The notes under the pieces are model-generated. The model was not told the origin of the DNA, searched no databases, and worked only from the letters and a program-made list of their open reading frames with translations. This document shows, piece by piece, positions 1 to 9,466 of a DNA stretch of 63,537 nucleotides. Location of the stretch: assembly GCA_009930425.1 (NCBI GenBank), contig RZYE01000001.1:1-63537 (forward strand), read 5' to 3'. Numbering within the stretch: position 1 is the stretch's first letter; every line of letters begins with the position of its first letter. Both the position numbers and the translations under genes were made by a program. Source of the stretch: Actinomycetota bacterium (GTDB lineage: Bacteria; Actinomycetota; Actinomycetes; Actinomycetales; Actinomycetaceae).

Positions 1-133
1 GGCGCCCACCCGAGGCGGCACCCGGGCAGCGTGTCGCACCCCGATGCGAGAATCGGAATCAGACCGTCGCGAAGTGCCGGTCCCCACCCCGCACGGCCGG
101 GTCATGAAAGATCCGGGCTACCGGGGCTGTGGG

Positions 134-294
134 TCATGAGGAGAGTGACGCGAACCGGCTCAGGGCCGCGGCCATGGCATCCCGAGCGATCGGCTCCCAC
201 GGAAAGAACGTATTCGACCGTCCGCCTCGGTCCACCCCTTCGTGATCCCCTTCCCGGCAAGCCACGTGACCTCCTCATAGAACGAGGAATTCGG
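134..294 (-). pseudogene. Frameshifted C-terminal remnant of a cell-wall-binding (SLH-like) repeat protein
   Basis: Minus-strand translation reads PNSSFYEEVTWLAGKGITKGWTEADG (294 to 217). Shifted by one base at about 217 it reads SNTFFPWEPIARDAMAAALSRFASLSS-stop (217 to 134). Joined, these resemble the FYxEIxWLxxxGIxxGW...FxPxxPIxRxxMAAFLxRF wall-anchoring repeat. No intact ORF covers this in the track. Confidence 0.3.
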
Positions 295-595
295 GATTCC
301 TATAGGTGGAAAAGATCCACACCAATCGACCCGTCTCGATCGGTGGTGCGGTCGAGATCGACGGCGATACCCACGCGGCCCGGCTCGATTCTCGTGGCGC
401 GGGCGACGATGGAGGCGCCGGCCTGCTGCTCGTGGTGCCGTGACGGTGAGGAAGCCTGGCTAGTGTCCCGCAGCGCACACCCGGCGTCGGCGCGCTCAGC
501 AAGCGCTGGCCAACACAGTGATCATGCGAACTCGCCTGTGACCACGACGCGGTCGCGCAACCTCCGTTTCCGCCGGCGATGCTAATGTCCCGGCC

Positions 596-3352
596 ATGGA
601 GTCGGGACCGCATGCGGCGCTGATCGTTCTCGGTCCCTTCACAGACGAAGCGTCACGATTCCTCGACGCGGTCGCAGCGAAAGGCGTGGTTCTCGGCGAG
701 ATCGGCGAGTTTCCCGTCCCGGCGCCTCTCGTGGTGTGTGTGACCGATGCGGAGGCCGAGGACCCTCCTCAAGCGTTCACGTCCGATCGGGATGTCCTGC
801 CGGTCTCGTTCCTTGACGCGTTCTCAGCGGTATTGCCGGATCTCTCGCACCTAGCGCCCAGGGTGGAAGGTGTGGACGACGCCGTCGACCGACTGGTGCG
901 CGCGATCCACGTCGGCGGTGCGGCTCTCGCGGGGTGGGAGCGCCTCGTAGCGCGGGCGCGTGCATGGGAGCAGGACCCCTCCTCGTCCCGCTTGCTGAGC
1001 GACCGCGAGCAGACCGAGGCACTCTCGCTCCTCGCCGTGCCACCCGCGCATCTGGAGCCTGTGCTCGTGGAGGGTGTCCGGACGTACGTTGCCCAGAGCC
1101 AGCGTCATTCCCACGGACGACGGCGGAGGGCCCGTTCGATCGTGGCTGTCACCCTCGTACTGCTGGCACTTGTGACCGCGGTTGCCGGGGTTCAAAGTGT
1201 TCGGGCCGCGCAGGCGGCACGCGAGTCAACAGAGGCCGCCAACAGCGCGAATGCGCGCAGGCTTGCCGCCGACGCCGACTCGATGACCGGACGTGACCCG
1301 GACGTCCCGCTGACTCTTGCAGCAATCGCAACGTCGTTGTCCGACCATCCCGATGTCCGTAACGCCGTGGCAGGGATCATCGGTACTCACGTCCCTCACA
1401 AGTCGGTCGCTCTGGAGGTGGCGCCGCGGCACCTGGTCACCTCGTCCTCAGGCCGTTATGCATACAGCTCGATGACGGACACGGTGATTCGAGTGACGGA
1501 TCCCAGCGGAGTCGAAGTCGCTTCGTTCCCCTACGCCGGAGCCGAGGAAGAGTTTTTCGCCGTCGCGATATCGCTGAGCCCCTCCGGTCAGAGGGTTGTC
1601 GTCGCCTCTGAGGAGAGGACACCGCAGGTGTTCGACGTCGAGACGGGACAGGGTGTCGCTGCCGCCGGCGCCTGGAGCGGCGACTATGACACGTTGATCG
1701 AGTGGTGGGACGACGAGCGTGTTCTCGTAGGTATCTCGGGTGGTCTCGATCTGATGAACGTGGACACCGGAACGCGGTCGAGTCTGATTGAGGCGAGCGA
1801 TGGAGTCGGTCTCGTGACGGATGCCGCCCTCAGCCCGTCGAGGGCGATGATCGTGCTCACCGATGGCGCACGAGTGCAAGTGTGGGACCTGAACTCCGAG
1901 AGATTCCGTGGAGAAGCCAGCATCGACGCCGTAACGGACCTGGCGGTCAATGATGCGGGAACCGTGGTGTTTGGGGCTCGCTTCCCCTCACTCGTCCGCA
2001 TCGATGTGAGCGATGGAGAGGCAACGATCACCGAAGATCGGGGCGACCACGCGAGCGTTGGCGTCGAGGCCCTGGCGGAAGGCTATTTCGTCGGCTCCGA
2101 TCGCCGGGGCCGCATCGCCATCTACCTGGAGACCACGGGAGCTGATCCCGTTGCCCGGTTCCAGGCGCATCTTGTCGATAGTGTGAGGATCGCGGCGGAC
2201 CCGATGGGTACCACACTTGGTTCCGTTTCACTCGATGGTTATCTGCGAATCTGGCAGCTCGACGGCCTCGACCTCATTGGAGACTTCACGGTTGCGGGCC
2301 CAGTGGATGCGGGCCTCGTCGGAGGTTCCCTCGATATGAGTGATATGGGCTCGGCTGCCTTTCCGAAGTCCACGCTTCGCCATCAGGTCCGCGTCGCTGG
2401 CCCGGCGTCGCTTGCCGTGAGTCTTGTCGGGCGTGGTGGACTACTCGTCGATTCCTCCGACGCTGCTGAAACATACGAGTCCATGGGGCTCTCACAGATT
2501 GGGATCCCCGGGCGCGTCATGGTGACCGCCGATGGCGGGCACATGGTACGCGCGCTCTATGTCGAAGCGGACCAGGGATTCGCGATTGAGATCTGGCCTA
2601 TCGATGCGGATGGGCAAGGTTGGGGTTCGGAACCGAGCACCCGCTTCGATGTGGAGCTTCCGGTGACCGTTCTCGGCCCGGCTCCGTTCCTCGTGGACGT
2701 GAGCGACGATGGCGTGGTGGCGCTCGCCTCCAGCTCTTCGCTCGTGAGCTATGACGCCACCGGAAACTCCGCGGGGGAAGAGATCGCGTACCGGAGCCCC
2801 TCGCCTCCCTTGGCTCTCGCATTCGATAGCGACGGAGTCCCGGCAGTACTCACCTCGGACGGCTGGCTTCACGGGGCAGGCGGCAGCGCCGTCGATCTCG
2901 GCTCTCTCGTGGACACCGAACTCGCCACCACGATTGCGGCCGCGGAGTTCGACGGCGAACTCTGGCTCCTCACCGACTCCGGAGCGATCTTGCGATACGC
3001 CTCGGGCGAGCTGGAGGTGATCTCACAGCCTGCGACCGTCACAGGAGAGGGGACCCTGCGCGTGTCGCCCGACGGCGCCCGGATCGCTCACATGGGCGCG
3101 AACGCGTTGACGGTGCTCGACTCCGAGACGGGCGGCATTCTCGCTCAGCAGCCAAACCCACCCGGAGTGCAGGTGGATGACGTGGCATTCGGGGACGATC
3201 CGTGGACATTCTTCGTGGTGACGGAGATGGGGACCCTTGCATCCTGGGTTCTGAGTGATACTCCGGGCGAGAGCGGGAGCGCGGTTGCTCCACGCCCCTT
3301 GACAGCGGACGAAATGCTTGCATTCGACGTCACGGAGGAGATGAATGGCTGA
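596..3352 (+). CDS. Single-pass membrane protein: non-canonical N-domain, TM helix, large C-terminal beta-propeller-like region
   Basis: 918-aa ORF. Basic patch HGRRRRARS is followed by the hydrophobic helix IVAVTLVLLALVTAVAGV. The C-terminal ~700 aa are rich in short strand repeats (ISLSPSGQRVVVASEE, AALSPSRAMIVLTDGARVQVWD, SVSLDGYLRIWQL, RVSPDGARIAHMG). The N-domain lacks the TIR (F/I)SY and Glu motifs. It overlaps the next gene by 8 nt. Confidence 0.7.
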   Translation: MESGPHAALIVLGPFTDEASRFLDAVAAKGVVLGEIGEFPVPAPLVVCVTDAEAEDPPQAFTSDRDVLPVSFLDAFSAVLPDLSHLAPRVEGVDDAVDRLVRAIHVGGAALAGWERLVARARAWEQDPSSSRLLSDREQTEALSLLAVPPAHLEPVLVEGVRTYVAQSQRHSHGRRRRARSIVAVTLVLLALVTAVAGVQSVRAAQAARESTEAANSANARRLAADADSMTGRDPDVPLTLAAIATSLSDHPDVRNAVAGIIGTHVPHKSVALEVAPRHLVTSSSGRYAYSSMTDTVIRVTDPSGVEVASFPYAGAEEEFFAVAISLSPSGQRVVVASEERTPQVFDVETGQGVAAAGAWSGDYDTLIEWWDDERVLVGISGGLDLMNVDTGTRSSLIEASDGVGLVTDAALSPSRAMIVLTDGARVQVWDLNSERFRGEASIDAVTDLAVNDAGTVVFGARFPSLVRIDVSDGEATITEDRGDHASVGVEALAEGYFVGSDRRGRIAIYLETTGADPVARFQAHLVDSVRIAADPMGTTLGSVSLDGYLRIWQLDGLDLIGDFTVAGPVDAGLVGGSLDMSDMGSAAFPKSTLRHQVRVAGPASLAVSLVGRGGLLVDSSDAAETYESMGLSQIGIPGRVMVTADGGHMVRALYVEADQGFAIEIWPIDADGQGWGSEPSTRFDVELPVTVLGPAPFLVDVSDDGVVALASSSSLVSYDATGNSAGEEIAYRSPSPPLALAFDSDGVPAVLTSDGWLHGAGGSAVDLGSLVDTELATTIAAAEFDGELWLLTDSGAILRYASGELEVISQPATVTGEGTLRVSPDGARIAHMGANALTVLDSETGGILAQQPNPPGVQVDDVAFGDDPWTFFVVTEMGTLASWVLSDTPGESGSAVAPRPLTADEMLAFDVTEEMNG

Positions 3353-5879
3353 TCTCGCAATCTCCTACGCCCACAACTCCTCGCGGCACGCCGTTGCGCT
3401 GCGTGACTCGCTGATCGGCGCCGGTTTCAGCGTGTGGATGGATGCTCCGGGGGATGACGACGGCGCCATCGTGGGTATTCCAGTGGGTCAATCGCACTGG
3501 GCTGTGATCGAGCGTGAGCTTGCGAGCGCTCTGGTCGTTGTGGCGTTGGACACGCAGGACTGGCGCGAGCGGGAGTACTGCCAGCGGGAGTACCGGCTGT
3601 GCCGCAATCTTGGAAAGCCGATCGAGTTCGTTTCTCCGGCCGAGATTGAGGAACGTGTTCAAGACATCGCGCGCAGCGTCAACGGCAATGCCGCGCACCT
3701 GGCCGCTCACGCACGCCTCGCCGCGCGGGTTGTCACCCCGCAACAGACGCGCGAGTCCTGGATCCACCGCGTGCTCTTCGGCCGTTCGGCCGGCGATGCG
3801 ACTACCGTGATCGAGGCTCGGGAGGCACCCTTCATGCTCACCCCCGCTGTTCGCGAGGTCGCCGACGCGGACCTGGCGCGAGCGGAGGCTGGACGGCGCC
3901 AGTTCAGGCGCGCCATGTCGTCTGTGGTCGCCGGGTTCACAGGGATCGCGCTTGTTGCCTCGGTTGCATGGCTCTTCTCTGGGTTGTGGTCGCGCGCTGC
4001 ATCGGACGATCGCGCACGGGCTGAAGCACTCGAACTCAGCAGCAGGGCGTCGTCGTCCGTGGATACGGTCCAGGCGCTCGCGATGGCGAGGCAGGCGGCT
4101 AGTCTCGATTCGAGTCCTCGGATCTCCGACGCGCTCGCCGCAGCCGAGCGTCGTGATCGGCGCATGCGCGTAATCGAGCTTCCTCCCGACACTTATCGGG
4201 GAGCAGCGTGGTCCGCCGACGAAGACCTCGTCTATGCCTACTCACACACATCGGTTGTCACGATCGATCCTCAGACGGGCGATGTGAGTGATCCCGTGCG
4301 GCTCGATCACCGCATCCGCACCGGCACGGCGGTGGCGTCGTCGATCACCGGTTTCGCGTACGTGGACACCACGAATCAGCTTCGGACGCTCGACATGCGC
4401 AGTGGAGTCTCGAGCGTGATGCTCGACGGCGTCTCCACTCTTGCGCTCGGTGTGGACGAAACCCTCGTCGCGTCCGGCCGTGCTGGGTCTGTCCTCACCT
4501 TGGTACGGTCGCCCGAGGGTCTCCTTGATGTGGAGCATTCGCTGCCGCTCCCGGCGCATGCCCGATCGATCGATGTGGACGGGCAGACGATCGGGCTGAT
4601 CGACGATGACGGGTGGTTGCGCACCGTCAACATAGCGGCTGGAGGCCTCACTCTGGGTGACTCCGTCCAGGTGGGCGAGGGCAGCCTCGCGGAGAGCGGG
4701 AGTTGGGTCAGATCCACGGTGACAGTGTGCGGCGATAGTCTCGCCGGTTCCTTCGTGCCCAGCCTGATGGGGAGCGTTTTCGAATGGGATCTCGCCACCG
4801 GCGAGCTGGTGACCGAGCGAAGCGTCCAGCAGGTTGCCTCGGTTTGTTCGCCGGAAGGTGCACTCACGGCAACCTTTTCTGGGGGCGAGATCCAAGAGCA
4901 GTTCGGCGGATTCATCATTGCGTTGCCGTCCGGGGTTGAACATGTGTGGAGCGTGCGCGATCCTCACCACGCCCGCGCCGCATTCATCTCCTCCGTACCC
5001 GGTCGCCTCGTCGTGGTTGATCCTGCCGCTGCGGTGACGGCACGCGACATTGGCGTCTCCCAACTGGTCCTGCCGTTCACCGAAGCAACACTGAGTATTG
5101 GCGACGACGGCGCGGTCGTCGATCTCGAGTCTGCCGCGCCGCACGGACGCATTCCGGGGACCCCCGTATTCTGGGCGATCCAGGGTTGCAACGCCCTGGT
5201 GCAATCATGGGAGGGATCTTTCCACGTGGGCTGCGACGCGGACGCTGAACTGGTCCGGGAGCCCACGGCGACTGCTGGCCTTCGTCCGGCATCCGATGGC
5301 GAGCGCTTCGTGGTGACGAGGCAGGACGGCGTCGAGATACGCGGCGCCGACGGGAGCCTTGAGCGGGATGTCCTGATCGAGTTGGAGGGGCAGAGCATCG
5401 TTGTGGAGGCGGATCTCTCACCGGACGGCTCGATGCTTCTCTTGGCGAAGTCTGACGGTTCTATTGTGGAGGCGGACGTTGACGGCGTCGGCGAACCGGT
5501 CACGATCGCCGCCGTTCCCAGTAGTTGGGCCACGCTGGTCGCGTACCGCCCGGATGGTTCGGTCCTCGTGCTCGGTGCCGATAGCCGGTTGCGGCTCTAC
5601 GATCTCGATCGCGAGCTTGCGAGTTCGGTGCAGCTCGATATCATTGGCGATTTCCTCCTCGTTGACGATGACGAGATTCTCGTGACGTCGCTCGAGGGAG
5701 GGGCCGTGTTGCTCGATTCCGAGACCATGCGCATTCTTGAGAGGTTGGACCAGGGCGTCTTCTTCGCGAGCGCGAGCCCGCAGGATCCTCGGCTCGGTCT
5801 TCTTGTCTACAGCTATGGCGCAGGGGTCGTGTCGAGCTCCAGTCTGCTCACAACTCCCCGCGTGGACGACGAGAGCTGA
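3345..5879 (+). CDS. TIR domain - TM - beta-propeller receptor-like membrane protein
   Basis: N-terminus LAISYAHNSSRHAVALRDSLIGAGFSVWMD ... ALVVVALDTQDWREREYCQREY carries the TIR betaA motif and the conserved Glu in CQRE. RRQFRRAMSSVVAGFTGIALVASVAWLF is a TM helix with a positive-inside flank. C-terminal repeats include LSPDGSMLLLAKSDGSIVEADV and YRPDGSVLVLGADSRLRLYDL. Confidence 0.8.
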   Translation: MADLAISYAHNSSRHAVALRDSLIGAGFSVWMDAPGDDDGAIVGIPVGQSHWAVIERELASALVVVALDTQDWREREYCQREYRLCRNLGKPIEFVSPAEIEERVQDIARSVNGNAAHLAAHARLAARVVTPQQTRESWIHRVLFGRSAGDATTVIEAREAPFMLTPAVREVADADLARAEAGRRQFRRAMSSVVAGFTGIALVASVAWLFSGLWSRAASDDRARAEALELSSRASSSVDTVQALAMARQAASLDSSPRISDALAAAERRDRRMRVIELPPDTYRGAAWSADEDLVYAYSHTSVVTIDPQTGDVSDPVRLDHRIRTGTAVASSITGFAYVDTTNQLRTLDMRSGVSSVMLDGVSTLALGVDETLVASGRAGSVLTLVRSPEGLLDVEHSLPLPAHARSIDVDGQTIGLIDDDGWLRTVNIAAGGLTLGDSVQVGEGSLAESGSWVRSTVTVCGDSLAGSFVPSLMGSVFEWDLATGELVTERSVQQVASVCSPEGALTATFSGGEIQEQFGGFIIALPSGVEHVWSVRDPHHARAAFISSVPGRLVVVDPAAAVTARDIGVSQLVLPFTEATLSIGDDGAVVDLESAAPHGRIPGTPVFWAIQGCNALVQSWEGSFHVGCDADAELVREPTATAGLRPASDGERFVVTRQDGVEIRGADGSLERDVLIELEGQSIVVEADLSPDGSMLLLAKSDGSIVEADVDGVGEPVTIAAVPSSWATLVAYRPDGSVLVLGADSRLRLYDLDRELASSVQLDIIGDFLLVDDDEILVTSLEGGAVLLDSETMRILERLDQGVFFASASPQDPRLGLLVYSYGAGVVSSSSLLTTPRVDDES

Positions 5880-6126
5880 CCTCTCGACGCCCAACGCGGA
5901 ACTGTGCGGATGACGTCGTCGGCAGGGTTGTTGTCGAGCAGGCGTATCTGCGTTTGCCCCTAAAGCCCCCTCGTCGATGAAGGTGATCATTCGTCCAGAG
6001 ACGTCGACCCCCATTTCGGATGTCGAGGCCGTCTGACCAGAGCACGTCACCCGTCACCCGATCGAGTCGGCGCCCGCCCGAGCACCGGGTAGCCACGCTC
6101 CAACTTCAACCGCTCCAGGCCTCAGG

Positions 6127-6831
6127 GTGGGAATTATCCCTTTCCCACCCTTTACCCAGCATTCGCAGGAAGGGGTCGGACCCGCGGGGCTCTACGTCAA
6201 CCTGCTCGACGCCTACGGTCGCACCAACGGCGTCGAGGTGAAGTACCGCAACATCACGAACGAGCAGTCGAACAGGCTTCTCCGCGACGGAACACTCGAC
6301 GTCGTCGCCTGCCTCTACCGCACCCCTCGCCGTGAACGGGACTTCGACTTCGCTGCTTGTCTATTCGCTGCGACCATCGGAGCGGTCGTCCGTGCATCTG
6401 ACGATCGTTTCACGGGCTACGGCGATCTGATGAAGTCCGATGTCCGAATCGCTGCCTGCCTGGGCGAGATAGGCGCGGAGCTTGCAGTAGACCAGTTCGG
6501 GGCGGAGCGCGGGTCACCACGGCTGGTGGAACTGGACACAGTGGATGTAGCCCACATCGGTTACATGGTGGCCGCCGGGGTCGCCGATGTGGCAATCACG
6601 GACAACATCACCTGCAGGCAGATAGTGGACCGGGTAGGGCCAGCTGTGAAGCACGCCTTCAACGTCTTCCCCCTCTACGTCGGCCAGATCGGGCTCCTCC
6701 TTATGCGCGACCGAGAGGAACTGCGCGACCACCTCACGGCAGAGCTGAAACGGCTCCGCACCGGCACCGAACTGACCGAGGAAGAGCGCCAGGTCTTCGA
6801 GAGCTACGACGGAATGCTGCAGGCACTCTGA
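6127..6831 (+). CDS. Leaderless type-2 periplasmic-binding-protein fold (SBP_bac_3-like) ligand-binding protein
   Basis: GTG start. IIPFPPFT...GLYVNLLDAYGRTNGVEVKYRNI...LLRDGTLDVVACLYRTPRRERDFDFAACLF follows the amino-acid-type SBP pattern. No signal peptide or lipobox is present. The stop overlaps the next start (TGATG). Confidence 0.55.
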   Translation: MGIIPFPPFTQHSQEGVGPAGLYVNLLDAYGRTNGVEVKYRNITNEQSNRLLRDGTLDVVACLYRTPRRERDFDFAACLFAATIGAVVRASDDRFTGYGDLMKSDVRIAACLGEIGAELAVDQFGAERGSPRLVELDTVDVAHIGYMVAAGVADVAITDNITCRQIVDRVGPAVKHAFNVFPLYVGQIGLLLMRDREELRDHLTAELKRLRTGTELTEEERQVFESYDGMLQAL

Positions 6832-7736
6832 TGACGAATGTCCTCCTGTCCGGGCCACTCGCCGAGGCTGTCGCTTCCCGCTTGGTGACTGCCGGAGGCT
6901 TCACTGCTCGTGTTTCCAACGAACCCAGCGACGCCGAAATCAGGTGGGCAGACTGCTTCTCTGCCTTCAGGTGGCCCTCCGCCGTGACAGTCACGCCGCC
7001 GTGGATCCATTCCATGGGCATCGGTGTCGACGGCTTCCTCGCCAACGGGCCCGTGCCTGAGTTACTGACGAACACGGTGGGTCAGATGCCGCAGCGCATG
7101 GGCCAGTTCGTGCTCTCGGTCATCCTGTCGCACGTTCACCGGCTCGGCGAGTACGCAAGCCTCCAGCACAGACACAAATGGGAACCGCGGGATCACCGGG
7201 CCTGGCCGGCCGCCGTGCTGTTGCTGGGTACGGGTGCCGCCTCCCAAGGTGTCGCCCGTGCTCTCAAAGCGCACGGGACGACGATCGTCGGGATGAACAG
7301 AAGGGGCACACCAACAGAGGGTTTTGACGAGGTCGTGACGTGGGAGCAGGCGTGCGGCCGAGCAGCCAGCTTCGCCGTCGTTGTCGGTGTCCTACCCCTC
7401 ACCGGAGCTACGCGCAGGATGGTTGACCAGCGACTTTTGTCGGGTCTGGATGGGGCTCTACTCGTCAATGTTGGACGCGGAGCCACGATCGATGAGACCG
7501 CGCTCCGTGTCGCGCTCGACGGAGGCACTGTGGAGGCAGCCCACCTGGATGTCCACGTCCACGAGCCGCTCCAGCCCCTCTCTTGGATGTGGGACCATCC
7601 GGGGGTTCGGATCACGCCCCACGTCGCAGCCCTCACGACTCCTGAGGAGGCCGCGCTTGCACTCCTCGAAGCGGCATGGTCCATCAGAGCGGGTCGCGAG
7701 CCGCAGTCAAAGCTGGTCCCTGCGGACTACACATAA
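6831..7736 (+). CDS. D-isomer-specific 2-hydroxyacid dehydrogenase family protein (NAD-binding)
   Basis: VLLLGTGAASQGVARALKAHGTTIVGMNR is a Rossmann-type segment. LVNVGRGATIDETAL, HLDVHVHEPL and ITPHVAA match the family's conserved Arg/Glu/His contexts. Confidence 0.8.
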   Translation: MTNVLLSGPLAEAVASRLVTAGGFTARVSNEPSDAEIRWADCFSAFRWPSAVTVTPPWIHSMGIGVDGFLANGPVPELLTNTVGQMPQRMGQFVLSVILSHVHRLGEYASLQHRHKWEPRDHRAWPAAVLLLGTGAASQGVARALKAHGTTIVGMNRRGTPTEGFDEVVTWEQACGRAASFAVVVGVLPLTGATRRMVDQRLLSGLDGALLVNVGRGATIDETALRVALDGGTVEAAHLDVHVHEPLQPLSWMWDHPGVRITPHVAALTTPEEAALALLEAAWSIRAGREPQSKLVPADYT

Positions 7737-7794
7737 CGCCTAGTGTGCGATGCGGCGCCTCGGACCCCGCAACAGCACCGATAACGGAGATGAC

Positions 7795-8198
7795 ATGTTG
7801 ATCAAGTGCCCCGTGAATCCCGGAGATGTCGACAGCCTTCTGGCTCTCTACGCGCAGGCATGGTGGACGAAGGATCGGTCCAGGGATGAGGTCGCAGCCA
7901 TGCTCCTCGCGAGCGACCTGACCGCGTGTGTGATGGACGACCACGGCACCATGGTGGGATTCGTACGGGCTCTGACGGATTGGCGCTACAAGGCGGTCGT
8001 TATGGATCTCATCGTCGACGAGGAGCACCGGGGTCAAGCCATCGGAAAGCTCCCTGCGAAAGCCTCCTCCGAGACGAGAGAGTGGCTCAAATCCAGGACG
8101 TCGAACTCTACTGTCACCCTGACTTGGTCCCCTATTACGAAGAAGTTGGATTCCGTGAGCCGCCAGATACGCGCTTCATGCGACTCACACGTGCCTGA
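7795..8198 (+). pseudogene. GNAT-family N-acetyltransferase with an apparent frameshift near 8050
   Basis: Frame 1 (ATG 7795 after GGAGATGA) gives MLIKCPVNPGDVDSLLALYAQAWW...VMDLIVDEEHRGQAIGK, then drifts into low-complexity sequence. A second frame (track ORF 7926..8198) supplies the expected GNAT C-terminus ESLLRDERVAQIQDVELYCHPDLVPYYEEVGFREP. The two halves join only with a 1-nt shift at about 8047-8058. Confidence 0.55.
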
Positions 8199-8204
8199 TC
8201 CGCC

Positions 8205-9152
8205 TCAATCCCCCAAGCTCTTCAGTTGCTCGTGGACTGCACGCCCAAAGCGATCGGCGGCGCCGTCCGACCACATGGTGAAGTAGTTGGGCTCGAAAAG
8301 CTCGGCTTCCAAGACGGTCGGGCTGCCGTCGTCGTCGCGCGCGATGTCGATCCGTGTGTAGAGCGGGGTTGCCGCAGGTTCCGGGACTCCCCACGCCGTC
8401 GCCAGACGACGCACAGTCTCCATACACCGCTCGGCCAACACGACCTCGTCCTTGTCTGCCTCCACCGGAGTGAGGATCTCTGTGTACCGACCTCCGAGGA
8501 GTCCGCCACCGAGTTCGAGGATCGGCCCCTTGCGCACAGCGTGAGAGTAGCGACCGTTGAAGAGCACGAGAGCATGCTCGCCATCCCGGGAGACGGACGG
8601 AAGTGCGCGCTGAATCATCGCGACCTTCCCGAGGGCAGTGATCCGGTCCACGAATTCGAGGATCGCGGGGTCTTCCCTGCGAAACAAGGCGGTGTCCCTT
8701 GAGCCGGCAGACACGGTGGGCTTCACGACCACCTCACTGGACCCGAGCGAGACCAAGGCAGTCATCGCCTCCGCCCGAGTGGTAGCCAAGCCGTACTGAG
8801 GCACCGGAATGCCGCAACCCCTGAGGTCTGAGAGATAGCGCTTGTCAAAATTCCAACGAATGACACCAGGGTGGTTGCGAATCTGGGCGACCTCTTCCAC
8901 GGACCTGAACCACGCTAGGAACTCCTTGCTTCGCAGCGAGTAGTCCCATGGCGATTTGACCACCAGCAGGTCGTAAACTGCCCAGTCCCGCGGCTCACTC
9001 CAGATCGGCGCATCAGTGATCAAGCCCATCGCGTTCAGCGCAGTGACGAGCGCGCCAATCTCCGGATCCGGATGGACGCCGGGAGATGTCTCGTCACATG
9101 TAACAAGTCCCACACGGGGCGCCATTCCCGAACCTCCGGCCAACGTCGTCAT
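8205..9152 (-). CDS. ATP-grasp family ligase (RimK/glutathione-synthetase-like)
   Basis: 315-aa ORF with VVVKPTVSAGSRDTALF (phosphate-binding strand), GKVAMIQRALP, and PLYTRIDIARDDDGSPTVLEAELFEPNYF (Mg-ATP binding E-x-E/N region). Confidence 0.7.
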   Translation of the reverse strand: MTTLAGGSGMAPRVGLVTCDETSPGVHPDPEIGALVTALNAMGLITDAPIWSEPRDWAVYDLLVVKSPWDYSLRSKEFLAWFRSVEEVAQIRNHPGVIRWNFDKRYLSDLRGCGIPVPQYGLATTRAEAMTALVSLGSSEVVVKPTVSAGSRDTALFRREDPAILEFVDRITALGKVAMIQRALPSVSRDGEHALVLFNGRYSHAVRKGPILELGGGLLGGRYTEILTPVEADKDEVVLAERCMETVRRLATAWGVPEPAATPLYTRIDIARDDDGSPTVLEAELFEPNYFTMWSDGAADRFGRAVHEQLKSLGD

Positions 9153-9466
9153 CAGCCAGATGAGCCTACCCCAAGTGACAGTTCCGGCTGTTCTTCGCGG
9201 GAGCCCTCGGTGCAGCGGTTTGGTGACACGACCCTGACGCTGGGGCTCTCAGGACTTGGGGAAGGCGTTGCCACAGTCATTGGGGCCTTGGAGTAGACCG
9301 TTGGCGATCACGTCCCGCGGAACACCAGTCAGAATCCCTGAGGGGGACCAAATGCCCACCTCGTGTCCCCTTTTTGGGTGACAGGAAACGTGGACACCCG
9401 ATTTGCCCGACCGCGTCCGCCGATAGCATCGCCGCGGAGGACGGAACCCTGGGGGATGGACAGGCA

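Noticed and set aside
31-613. Track ORFs 31..585 (+) and 275..613 (-)
   Set aside because: Both are Arg/Pro/Ser-rich with no motifs. They overlap the SLH-like remnant frames and look like high-GC non-coding or decayed sequence.
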